From the NCBI GenBank assembly GCA_043721935.1, contig JAYSPU010000210.1, forward strand, positions 1 through 44,353: 44,353 nucleotides of DNA, in the 5' to 3' direction. The stretch comes from Bacteroidota bacterium (GTDB lineage: Bacteria > Bacteroidota > Bacteroidia > AKYH767-A > 2013-40CM-41-45). The translations under genes and the position numbers were made by a program. Below, piece by piece: positions 7,925 to 17,183 of the stretch. The notes beneath the pieces are model-generated. The model was given only the letters and a program-made list of their open reading frames with translations, had not been told where the DNA came from and ran no database searches. Positions within the stretch are counted from its first letter, which is position 1, and each line of letters opens with the position of its first letter.

Positions 7925-10900
7925 CTATTCTTTTAATTCTTTATTCTCCATATATTTCCGTAGCGCCTTCTCTCCAAACAAATGAAAAACCACTGGCGTA
8001 ACAATCATATCAAGAAGTGTTGAACTTAATAAACCACCAAGAATAACAGTTGCGACAGGATATAAAATTTCTTTGCCCGGTGCATTTTTATCAAGCGTGA
8101 GCGGTATTAAGGCTAAAGCTGCAACTAAAGCAGTCATTAGTACCGGAACTAGCCGTTCTAGAGACCCACGAATAATCATTTTCTTATTAAAATTTTCTCC
8201 CTCATGTTCTACAAGATGTATATAATGCGAAATCATCATGATACCATTACGTGAAGCAATTCCTGTAAGAGTAATAAATCCAACTAAAGAAGCTACAGAA
8301 AAAACTCCTCCCGTAAGCATAACTGCTACAACACTTCCAATTAATGCAAGGGGAATATTTAACATGATTTGCAAAACCATTGGCGCAGATTTAAAATGAG
8401 TAAAGAGTACAAGAAAAATCCCTATGAATGAAAAAATGCTCAATATCAAAATGAGTCTTGATGCAGATTTCTGACTTTCAAATTGACCACCATAGGTAAT
8501 GTAATATCCCTGCGGTAGAGCAAGTCCGGAATTAATTTTTTCCTGTATTTCTTTAACTGTACCCCCTAAATCGCGCCCTGCAACGTTACATGACACAGAG
8601 ATCCTGCGTTGTGTATTTTCATGATTAATGGTATTAGGGCCATTCTCAAAGTAAATATCTGCTACTTCTTTTACGGGAATTAATTGCCCTGTTGGGGTTT
8701 CCAGTAATGCCTGCTGAATTACCGCAATATTGTTGCGTTCTTCTTCCGGTAATTTTAAAACAATGTCAAATCGTTTACGTCCATCCAACAATTGCGAAAC
8801 CGGTTCTCCCTGAAACAATATTTGCAAATCATTCACTACATCGCCCCTTTTCATTCCGTAAAATTTAAGCATATCTTCTTTTACACGAATAAGTAATTGT
8901 GGAACTTGAGTCTGTTTTTCTATCTGCAAATCTACTACACCTGGCACAGTTTCCATGATTGTTTTCATTTGCACAGCAGATTTGCGAAGCTCCATCAAAT
9001 CGTTGCCGTAAATTTTAATTGCAACCTGCGCACGCACTCCAGAAAGCAAATGATCTAAACGATGTGAAATAGGTTGGCCGATATTTACATTTGCACTTTT
9101 AATTATTGAAAGTTTTTCGCGCACATCATTCAAAACTTCATCTTTTTTACGGGTGCTTTTTGAATAATTCAAATCCACTTCCACTTCCGAATTGCTCACT
9201 GGTTCGGCATGCTCATCTAACTCTGCACGACCTGTTCGCCTGGATACATAGGATACTTCGGGCACTTTTAATAATTGCTTTTCAGCAATTGTTCCGATAC
9301 GATTTGATTCATCAAGAGAGGTTCCTGCCGGAGTGGACAAATTTATAGTCAGCGATCCTTCATTGAAAGGAGGCAAAAATTCTGTTCCAAAAAATGGAAT
9401 CATTGCAAAAGCTGCAATGAATAATATGACTACAGTTGCTACTACTTTTTTAGGACGTTCCAATCCCCAGTTAAGTAATTTTGTGTCTTGTTTTTTCAAC
9501 CAGCGAACTAACCAACTGTCTTTTTCAGTTTTACTCATTAATTTCATGTTAGGCAGCAGATAATAACACATAGCCGGGGTTACGGTTAATGAAATTATTA
9601 ACGATGAAACAATGGAAGTAATATATGCAACACCAAGCGGTGCAAATATTTTTCCCTCCATTCCGCTCAACGAAAAAAGCGGGATAAAAACAAGCACAAC
9701 TATTATGGTTGCGTAAACAATAGAATTACGCACTTCGCTCGAAGCATTATATATTACAACTAAAGGACTTCGAGGTTTAGGAAGATGGCGATTTTCACGC
9801 AAACGCCTAAAAACATTTTCCACATCCACAATGGAATCGTCAACTAATTCACCAATAGCAATTGCAAGTCCACCAAGTGTCATAGTATTTATTCCTACAC
9901 CAATCCATTTGAAAACAAGTGCAGTTATTATTAATGAAAGTGGGATAGCTGTAAGAGAAATTATTGTGGTTCGAAAATTCATTAAAAATAAAAACAGAAT
10001 AATAACTACTAATATTGCTCCGTCACGTAAAGCATTTTCTACATTAGTGAGAGACGATTCAATAAAATTGGCTTGCTTAAATAAATTAGGATTTAGTTTT
10101 ACATCTTTGGGAAGTGAATTTTGTAATTCTTTTACTGCTTCTTCCACTTGAGTAGTTAAATCAATTGTTGAAGCAGAAGGCTGTTTTTCTACCGATAATA
10201 TTACAGCAGGTTTGCCATTTATACTCGCATCTCCTCGTTTGAACTTAGCACCGAATTTCACATCAGCAACTTGTGAAATAAGTATTGAGGTATTATCCTT
10301 GTATCCTATTACAATGTTTTCAATATCCTTAACACTTTTCAATCTTCCCAAATTGCGAATAAGCACTTCGCTTCCCTGACGATTAAAGAAATTTCCGGTA
10401 GTATTTAAATTTGATTTTTGAAGTGCTTCTTCAATATTTCTGATGCTTAGTCCACTGGCTTTTAGTTTAGGTAAGGAAATAAGAACTTGATATTGCAGAA
10501 CATCTCCTCCAATTGGAATTACCTGTGCTATGCCTTTGATAGATAAAAGTCGTTGACGAATGGTGTAATCAGCCAAGGTACGCAGGTCGGCAGGTGAAGT
10601 TGAATCCGCTGAGATACCGATAAGCATTATTTGTCCCATTACAGAGCTGATTGGGCCTAATACCGGCGTTATTCCGGGAGGTAAAGAGCTTTGTATGCTT
10701 TGTAATTTTTCAGAAACGATTTGTCTTGCTTTTAATATATCAACAGAATAATCGAACTCTACAAATACTAATCCTAGCCCTATGGCAGCATTGGATCGTA
10801 CTGCCTCTACTCCCGTTGCTCCATTCAATGCCGTTTCAACCGGATATACAACTAATTCTTCCACTTCTTCGGGAGCCATTCCGCCAGCTTCAAGAAAAAT

Positions 10901-11044
10901 GGTTACACGAGGACGATTTAAATCGGGTAATACATCAACAGGTAAATTTATTGTAGTGTAAATTCCTCCTATCATAAGGAGCACAGCCATTGCCAAAATC
11001 AAAAGGCGATTGTGCAATGAAAAGTTTATTATTTTATTTAACAT
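7925..11044 (-). CDS. czcA: CusA/CzcA family heavy-metal efflux RND transporter (system 1 pump)
   Basis: The length (1039 aa) and sequence are typical of HME-RND pumps. Examples are MLNKIINFSLHNRLLILAMAVLL, DVLPDLNRPRVTIF, AIAIGELVDDSIVDVENVFRRL and 12 predicted TM segments. Confidence 0.95.
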   Translation of the reverse strand: MLNKIINFSLHNRLLILAMAVLLMIGGIYTTINLPVDVLPDLNRPRVTIFLEAGGMAPEEVEELVVYPVETALNGATGVEAVRSNAAIGLGLVFVEFDYSVDILKARQIVSEKLQSIQSSLPPGITPVLGPISSVMGQIMLIGISADSTSPADLRTLADYTIRQRLLSIKGIAQVIPIGGDVLQYQVLISLPKLKASGLSIRNIEEALQKSNLNTTGNFFNRQGSEVLIRNLGRLKSVKDIENIVIGYKDNTSILISQVADVKFGAKFKRGDASINGKPAVILSVEKQPSASTIDLTTQVEEAVKELQNSLPKDVKLNPNLFKQANFIESSLTNVENALRDGAILVVIILFLFLMNFRTTIISLTAIPLSLIITALVFKWIGVGINTMTLGGLAIAIGELVDDSIVDVENVFRRLRENRHLPKPRSPLVVIYNASSEVRNSIVYATIIVVLVFIPLFSLSGMEGKIFAPLGVAYITSIVSSLIISLTVTPAMCYYLLPNMKLMSKTEKDSWLVRWLKKQDTKLLNWGLERPKKVVATVVILFIAAFAMIPFFGTEFLPPFNEGSLTINLSTPAGTSLDESNRIGTIAEKQLLKVPEVSYVSRRTGRAELDEHAEPVSNSEVEVDLNYSKSTRKKDEVLNDVREKLSIIKSANVNIGQPISHRLDHLLSGVRAQVAIKIYGNDLMELRKSAVQMKTIMETVPGVVDLQIEKQTQVPQLLIRVKEDMLKFYGMKRGDVVNDLQILFQGEPVSQLLDGRKRFDIVLKLPEEERNNIAVIQQALLETPTGQLIPVKEVADIYFENGPNTINHENTQRRISVSCNVAGRDLGGTVKEIQEKINSGLALPQGYYITYGGQFESQKSASRLILILSIFSFIGIFLVLFTHFKSAPMVLQIMLNIPLALIGSVVAVMLTGGVFSVASLVGFITLTGIASRNGIMMISHYIHLVEHEGENFNKKMIIRGSLERLVPVLMTALVAALALIPLTLDKNAPGKEILYPVATVILGGLLSSTLLDMIVTPVVFHLFGEKALRKYMENKELKE

Positions 11045-11072
11045 TTATTATTTGTTTTATTAATAGACATGC

Positions 11073-12329
11073 TTATGCTAAAATTGCCTCTTTCGCAATT
11101 TTTTCCATTACTAAATGACTATCTCCTAGCATGCAGATTGCATCACAATGCTGACGTAAATCGGAAAATAGTATATATTTAATTTTGACTTTATTATTTC
11201 TAAAAGCCGGTCGGGATAACTGCAATTGAACATCTTTCTCTCTACTGTTTGGAGCCACCAAATAAAGTACTTCTTCTCCGTTAGCAATTGAATAAGTTAA
11301 GTCAGTTAGTCGTAAAATACCAGAATAAATACTTGTAGATTTTTCTACTTCAAATGCTGCAATAACTTGGTTAGTTCCTTTCTTAAACCACAACACATCA
11401 ATCAATTTAATTGTTGATGCAGTATCAGCATCCGCATAAACTTCAGGGAATTTTGGTATGCAGAGAAATGAAAAATTATTTCCATTATACGATCTAGACT
11501 TGTCATTGGAAGCACAAATGACATCGTAACCCATTGCGCCTCCAATTTTAAGGAGATGATACTGCATTTCGGAATGCAGATTCTCATCCTCCTTTTCAGT
11601 TTTAATATTTTTAAGACGTTTTTCAATCAACCTCTCGATTTTCATTCTCTCCGGCTCGGATAAATATTCATCACCACCAATGACTAACTTTTGCATCCCT
11701 ATCTCAAAAAGTAAGCCTGTTATAGCACCTAAGTCATTAGACAGTTCTGGTTTATTCTCATTGTTTTTCTCAATCAAAACCTCTCGTATTTTTAAATACT
11801 CCATCCACGAACCCAATTTTTTTTTATCATTGAATAAGTAGTTAAAACCATTGATAATAGCTGTGTTGAAAGGAGGTATAATGGTTGGATGTAAAAAATA
11901 AAGAATACTTGCTACAGCGGGACCAAGTCCTTTAATTTTCAATGCATCGAGCTTCAGAATTTCATTAATGACCATAACCTCTGTTTTAGCATTCATACAA
12001 TTTTCCAAAAACTGCCCAAAAGCTTGTTTGTTTTGTGGATTCTCATAAATATCAGGAATCCTTAATTTAGGCTTCCAATAGAATGGATGCGAAGCTCCTT
12101 CAAAAACCTGCTTTTGTTCTGTAATGCATGACAAAACAAATTCTAATGATGATCCTTTAAAGTCATTCGGGAATTTGTTATTTTTTATATCTTCTACAAC
12201 CTGAATAACGCCCCTTCGAATGGAGCGAAATGCTTTCAACCTTTCATCATTGTTAATAAACCAAGTATTGTAAACCGATTCTTTGTCTGATTTATATTGC
12301 TTGATGATTAGTTCGAGATTGGTCCTCAT
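11073..12329 (-). CDS. hypothetical cytoplasmic protein: HhH-like N-terminal part and restriction-endonuclease-like C-terminal part
   Basis: 418 aa with no signal peptide or TM. It carries LKIKGLGPAVASILYFLHP (helix-hairpin-helix-like) and a C-terminal HSEMQYHLLKIGGAMGYDV...IDVLWFKKGTNQVIAAFEVEKSTSIYSGILRLTDL (D...EVEK, nuclease-fold-like). It is tightly packed in the operon, with gaps of 12 and 28 nt. Confidence 0.6.
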   Translation of the reverse strand: MRTNLELIIKQYKSDKESVYNTWFINNDERLKAFRSIRRGVIQVVEDIKNNKFPNDFKGSSLEFVLSCITEQKQVFEGASHPFYWKPKLRIPDIYENPQNKQAFGQFLENCMNAKTEVMVINEILKLDALKIKGLGPAVASILYFLHPTIIPPFNTAIINGFNYLFNDKKKLGSWMEYLKIREVLIEKNNENKPELSNDLGAITGLLFEIGMQKLVIGGDEYLSEPERMKIERLIEKRLKNIKTEKEDENLHSEMQYHLLKIGGAMGYDVICASNDKSRSYNGNNFSFLCIPKFPEVYADADTASTIKLIDVLWFKKGTNQVIAAFEVEKSTSIYSGILRLTDLTYSIANGEEVLYLVAPNSREKDVQLQLSRPAFRNNKVKIKYILFSDLRQHCDAICMLGDSHLVMEKIAKEAILA

Positions 12330-12341
12330 ATTTAACTGTTT

Positions 12342-12776
12342 TTATTTTTTACCGAGTCCATTGTAATTATAAGTTGTGTGATATTCTTTTCCATTGCTAT
12401 TTACATTTATAATTGCAGTAAAGGATTTCGTCACATCTTCGACATTGCAGAATAATTTATCAGTCCCTATAATTAATATTTTTTCAATTTCATTTCCATC
12501 AGCATATTGTAATTTGACCTTCCCTGTAAATTCTTTTGGGTTTAACAACTTAAAATTTGGTTTTAAAATCCAAATATTTAATTTTTCATTAGCTGTATAA
12601 ACATCAAATACTATTTCAATTTGGTACTTTCCAACATCAGTAATTTCGCCACCGTGAGGAAGTTTAATTTTATTATAGCTGGCATTCTCATGGCTATGAC
12701 TGGAATGATCGTGTTGCGCTTTTACTGTTGAAAATAAAAACAGCAGTAGAACTACTATTTTACAAGATAATTTCAT
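12342..12776 (-). CDS. secreted His-rich small protein (putative periplasmic metal-binding, Ig-like)
   Basis: 144 aa. A signal peptide is followed by QHDHSSHSHE and then LPHGGEITDVGKYQIEIV. It aligns by eye with the 180-aa protein at 18473-19015. Confidence 0.7.
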   Translation of the reverse strand: MKLSCKIVVLLLFLFSTVKAQHDHSSHSHENASYNKIKLPHGGEITDVGKYQIEIVFDVYTANEKLNIWILKPNFKLLNPKEFTGKVKLQYADGNEIEKILIIGTDKLFCNVEDVTKSFTAIINVNSNGKEYHTTYNYNGLGKK

Positions 12777-12850
12777 TTAACTTAAATTTTATTTTTATTG
12801 ATTCTCAGAATAAACTTCTAATAACTCAACTTTGCAGAGCGATAGTTTAT

Positions 12851-14413
12851 TTACTTATTTATGATCAATTTTTTAGTTGTTAAAACATTTCCCGTTTGTA
12901 AAACAACATTGTACATGCCATTTTGCAAATCGATATTTATTTCCTTTTGATATTGCCCTGAAGCTTGATTAATATTTTCAAGAATTAAAATTTCTCTACC
13001 CAACACATCAATAATTTTGATACTTACATCCGTATTGTTTACTAAATTATAGTTTATAAAAAAATCACTCGTTGTTGGGTTTGGAAAAATATTTACTAAA
13101 TTTTCATCTATGCGCAAATCATTAGACGCTAATAAAATTGAGCAATTCAGACCCAGTGCACTTAACTCTGCCTGAACATTAGAACTTCGATTTTGTATAA
13201 ATGATTTAAGTCCCGGATAGGTAACGGCGCCTACGATTATATCCGAAGTGATGTTATTATCAAATTCAGTATTAGAATACATTTTCAAAGGATCTGCATA
13301 AACATCAGTTTTAATAAGGTTATAAAGAGTGTCAATCTTAGGATTTAGGACAGAAGGTTGAAACGTATTTAAAAAATTGCAGATATAAGTGAGGTATTGG
13401 TTTTTGTATATGGTATCATTTAGCATTCTGTTTGCTAACGGGCGATCAGTTGCATTAGGTTCTATATATAATATACTCTTTCCTTCAATAGAGGAAACAC
13501 TTCCCGGCACATCCATTCCAAATGCAGTGCTTACATCCCAGGTTATCCACTCAAATTTATTTGTTAAAGTATTATGATATATATAATAATTATGAACGAA
13601 TCGAAAAGCATAAGAATCAAAATCTATAAACATATTGCAGGCGGCCCATGCGCCTATAAACGAATTAGCATTTAGATATAAATCTACCGAATCTTTAAAT
13701 TCACTATCGGTTGTAGTATTTATTTGTCGAGTAAGATCAATTAAATCGTTCCAGTCGTTGGCAGTAGTATTTGTTTTTAATGTATAACAATTGTAATACG
13801 ATGTAAGATTACTATGATACTTTAAATCAGCACAAGAGGATGCGTTCCCATCTCCTTTAAATAGGTTTCCTCCCTTGTTTCCGAAACGATCTTTACAAAA
13901 TGTTTTGTTGATTCTTTCTCCTATCTGATAAAAACCGGAATAAGCACCATTTATATATAGCTTGGCGAAATTTGAACGGGGAGCATACAATCCTTGGGAA
14001 TTAAGAAAATCAAGAAATATTTTCTCTCTCATAAAACTTGGATCCTGATAACAGTTATTCAGGTTAATCGAGCTTAAACTATCATACTTTTGTGAAAACC
14101 GATATTGGTCAAATGCAAGGGTAAAAGGTTTTTTATTACCAGGATAGCCGTAATACGAAGAATTACCCTTGAACTGAATGCCAACTGAATCAATAGTATT
14201 ACCGTCAATAATAACTTGTGCAGAAATATAAGTAGATGAATCGTTGGCATCGTCATACATTTTATTATTGACAAGTAAAGTCCAATAATTTGATTGGGGG
14301 AAATTAATATTTATGGTGTGAATCTGCGTAACGTTAAAGAGATTATCGCCTGCTGTACTTTGTGCTTGACAAAATGACGATACGCTTGCAAAAAGGAGTA
14401 ATAGTTTTTTCAT
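12851..14413 (-). CDS. CotH kinase-family protein with T9SS C-terminal sorting domain
   Basis: 520 aa with a signal peptide. CotH-type motifs are IQFKGNSS, NKKPFTLAF, INLNNCYQDPSFMREKIFLDF and LYINGAYSGFYQIGERI. The C-terminal IFPNPTTSDFFINY...GMYNVVLQTG...KKLIINK is a T9SS CTD. Confidence 0.85.
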   Translation of the reverse strand: MKKLLLLFASVSSFCQAQSTAGDNLFNVTQIHTININFPQSNYWTLLVNNKMYDDANDSSTYISAQVIIDGNTIDSVGIQFKGNSSYYGYPGNKKPFTLAFDQYRFSQKYDSLSSINLNNCYQDPSFMREKIFLDFLNSQGLYAPRSNFAKLYINGAYSGFYQIGERINKTFCKDRFGNKGGNLFKGDGNASSCADLKYHSNLTSYYNCYTLKTNTTANDWNDLIDLTRQINTTTDSEFKDSVDLYLNANSFIGAWAACNMFIDFDSYAFRFVHNYYIYHNTLTNKFEWITWDVSTAFGMDVPGSVSSIEGKSILYIEPNATDRPLANRMLNDTIYKNQYLTYICNFLNTFQPSVLNPKIDTLYNLIKTDVYADPLKMYSNTEFDNNITSDIIVGAVTYPGLKSFIQNRSSNVQAELSALGLNCSILLASNDLRIDENLVNIFPNPTTSDFFINYNLVNNTDVSIKIIDVLGREILILENINQASGQYQKEINIDLQNGMYNVVLQTGNVLTTKKLIINK

Positions 14414-14450
14414 TGTAGTCTTCTTTAACCTAGTTTCGTAAATATTACTT

Positions 14451-15584
14451 TCACTGATTCATAAATACTGATTTAATCTGATAGGTGCCAGAAGTAACTA
14501 CACGCTCATCTTCTTTCAATCCTTTAAGGATAACAGATGTTTCGCTATTGCTCTCTCCCAATTGCACATAGACTACTTTGAATACTTCCGGTTCATGGTG
14601 AATGAAAACAACCGATTTCCCGTTAATCTCTGTAACGGCAGAAGTTGGAACAACAAGTTTCCTGTTTTCAGATTGAGCCATTACATCGACAGTCACAAAT
14701 TGACCGGGTTTGAACTTGCTTTCTGAATTGTCTATTTCAAAAATGACTTGTGATGATTGATTAACAGGATTTATTACATTGCTAATTGCTACAAGTCGTG
14801 CACTTTCGGATTTAATTTTTGCCTGAGAATTATTGACATTAAACTTTGCGTCCTTTGTTATTTTACTCAAATCATCGCCAAAAATTTGCGCTTCTATTTT
14901 CAATTTTTTTATATCAAACACATTGAAAATAATATCACCTTGTTTCACCTGCTGACCAATAGAAAGGTTAAAGTTGTCTACCACTCCATCAATTGGAGAT
15001 TTTATTGAAATCAGTTTGCTGTTGTTGGATGTTAAATTATCATATACTTTTTTATTAATTGTTGCTGTATTATATCGAATTTGTGCTTGCTGAAAATCTT
15101 TTTTTGATACAATATCTTCAATCGACTTTAATCTTTCGTAATCTTTTTTTGCTTCTTCGTACTCGGCATTTGCATTACTTTTTGCGGTGGTTATTTGAAT
15201 TTGTTCCGAAGCATTTAAATTCTGTTCTATGACGGCCATTTCCTCACCTTTTTTAACACCCTTGCCAATTCCAACATTGAGCGAAACAACAAAACTGTTT
15301 TGCGGAGCAATGATTTGAGCTGAACCATTAATTGAAGGCATTATTCTACCATTTAAGGTTAAGGAATTATAATAGTCAGTATAACTCGATGGAGTAGTTT
15401 GCAAATCAAATAAGAATTGTGTTTCTTTTAGTACCTCCACTTCGTCCGTAAAACTATTGCTAATTGATTGCTTCTTACCATCGTCATGATCTTCTCCGCC
15501 ATGAGCACTAGCACGATAATTTTTATTGACACAGACAGAAAAGACTAAAATCAATATAAATACGATAATTATTTTCTTCTTCAT
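14451..15584 (-). CDS. efflux RND periplasmic adaptor subunit (CzcB-like, system 1)
   Basis: 377 aa with an N-terminal anchor followed by AHGGEDHDDGKK. The rest is a typical membrane-fusion-protein layout: lipoyl-like GEEMAVIE, a coiled-coil region, and SPIDGVVDNFNLSIGQQVKQGDIIF. Confidence 0.9.
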   Translation of the reverse strand: MKKKIIIVFILILVFSVCVNKNYRASAHGGEDHDDGKKQSISNSFTDEVEVLKETQFLFDLQTTPSSYTDYYNSLTLNGRIMPSINGSAQIIAPQNSFVVSLNVGIGKGVKKGEEMAVIEQNLNASEQIQITTAKSNANAEYEEAKKDYERLKSIEDIVSKKDFQQAQIRYNTATINKKVYDNLTSNNSKLISIKSPIDGVVDNFNLSIGQQVKQGDIIFNVFDIKKLKIEAQIFGDDLSKITKDAKFNVNNSQAKIKSESARLVAISNVINPVNQSSQVIFEIDNSESKFKPGQFVTVDVMAQSENRKLVVPTSAVTEINGKSVVFIHHEPEVFKVVYVQLGESNSETSVILKGLKEDERVVTSGTYQIKSVFMNQ

Positions 15585-15662
15585 AATTTTTTAATATTAA
15601 TTCATGCGATAATTGACAGATTGAATTAAATTTTTAATTCAATCTTGTTTAACTTTCTAATA

Positions 15663-16520
15663 TCATTGTATGCTTAACTTTTGTGTTACTTGTTTACCAG
15701 CATTAATTATTCTGACTAAATACATTCCCCGTTCTACTCCCATTTCCTTTAAGTTGTATTTCCGTTTATAAAAATCTTTCGCATTATTTTCAACAGATAA
15801 TATTTTTAATAATCTACCCCTAATATCAAACAGGAGTATAGAGTTTTGTCCTGCTTCCTTTATTTCATAACTAATTTCGACATTACCTTCGGATGGATTA
15901 GGAAAAAGACAGACATTTAAATAATTGTTTCGAATCTCATTGACGTCGGCAGTTGATGCGCTCAGCTGAATAAAAGTAGAGTATGCATAATCTCCGCTAG
16001 TGGCATGGTTGTGATTTGCAGACAAAGAACCAACGTATAATGTTATTGTTCCCGCATTAGTTGAAGGCGCAGTCCAATTAAATGTCCACTGATTAGTTCC
16101 AACCGTAGAAGCATCTGCTCCGCAAGGATTATGGCTGACATAGTATCTAATCCCGTCTACATATGTACGTGTTCTTGCAGCATCAATGAGAGAAAAGGTT
16201 CCTGTGGAAATATTTGTACTATCCTTTAAGGCAACACATGCAAAGCCAAATTTATTTATAGCATTTTGCCCTATAGTAACTGTGCCTACATATGTTTGAC
16301 CAGGCACGTATTGAGATATTCCATTGCCAATATCAAAAGTGAGTACGCCCGGCCCTGAATTATTGGTTCCTGCATGACAACCTGTACAATTCGTTTCTCC
16401 GGGTGCACCAGTATGTCCTCCAACAAAGGGAGCATCACAGGGGGAATTAATTTCAAATCCACTAGCAACAATTAAAATAATCGATAGGCTGAAAAGCAAT
16501 AGGACTAATCTGTGTTTCAT
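15663..16520 (-). CDS. T9SS-sorted secreted protein with N-terminal GxTGAPGE..CTGCH (CxxCH) motif and Ig/reeler-like domain
   Basis: 285 aa with a signal peptide. It contains GGHTGAPGETNCTGCHAG, then FGFACVAL...WTFNWTAPSTNAGTITLYV. The C-terminal LFPNPSEGNVEISY...GMYLVRII...QKLSIQ is a T9SS CTD. Confidence 0.75.
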   Translation of the reverse strand: MKHRLVLLLFSLSIILIVASGFEINSPCDAPFVGGHTGAPGETNCTGCHAGTNNSGPGVLTFDIGNGISQYVPGQTYVGTVTIGQNAINKFGFACVALKDSTNISTGTFSLIDAARTRTYVDGIRYYVSHNPCGADASTVGTNQWTFNWTAPSTNAGTITLYVGSLSANHNHATSGDYAYSTFIQLSASTADVNEIRNNYLNVCLFPNPSEGNVEISYEIKEAGQNSILLFDIRGRLLKILSVENNAKDFYKRKYNLKEMGVERGMYLVRIINAGKQVTQKLSIQ

Positions 16521-16589
16521 AAGGTGGTTAATTTAGTTGTTGTTAAAGATAATTTCTTAAATGTCTATCGATTTGTTCCACTGAAAATG

Positions 16590-17183
16590 CTAGTTATTTA
16601 TTGTAATTTTTTTTCGTCTTAGAAAAAGCCAAAGTAAGAGTACAGTGATAAGTATTCCTGCTAAAAATGCGCTGATAGTTTGCAAGTAAGAAGAAGACTT
16701 CTTTAAATCGGTTTCTATGGGCAAGGGCACCGGTAATTTTTTTCCAACTTCAATTCCATCAAGTATCATTAAGTCAGCATTTTCTCCTGCCGATATATTC
16801 GCGACAAGATTGTAAGATTGATTTTCGGGAAATTTTCCATCAATAGTATAGACACCTTTATCAATTTGATTTACAATAAATTTCAATTCTGCATTATTAG
16901 GCGATGTAATTTCAATTTTTGCAGAATCAACTGCTTTATTTGTTGTAAATTCAGAAACGAAAAGTTTCATATGAGTTAATTGATTAGCTTCGATCGGCTC
17001 ATATCGCAATACCATTTCAAAAACGTCTGAAACACTATTTACAGTGAAATAAGTTACTCCTGCTTTGCTCGTCTCTTTTTTCTTTTCACCATGATCTTCT
17101 CCACCATGGGCGAATACAAATTGAAAATTGAGTATTAGATTTAGTAAAAGTCCAATTAATTTCATGTTATATTTCATTTTCAT
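16590..17183 (-). CDS. His-rich periplasmic protein with C-terminal TM anchor
   Basis: 197 aa. A signal peptide ends in FAHGGEDHGEKKK, followed by a beta-rich domain. The C-terminus is ISAFLAGILITVLLLWLFLRRKK. Its start overlaps the stop of the upstream OMF gene by 4 nt. Confidence 0.7.
   Translation of the reverse strand: MKMKYNMKLIGLLLNLILNFQFVFAHGGEDHGEKKKETSKAGVTYFTVNSVSDVFEMVLRYEPIEANQLTHMKLFVSEFTTNKAVDSAKIEITSPNNAELKFIVNQIDKGVYTIDGKFPENQSYNLVANISAGENADLMILDGIEVGKKLPVPLPIETDLKKSSSYLQTISAFLAGILITVLLLWLFLRRKKITINN

Noticed and set aside
9106-10956. Plus-strand ORFs inside czcA (9106-9348, 9333-9563, 9831-10151, 10651-10956).
   Set aside because: They are antisense shadows of a 1039-aa gene with unambiguous RND homology.
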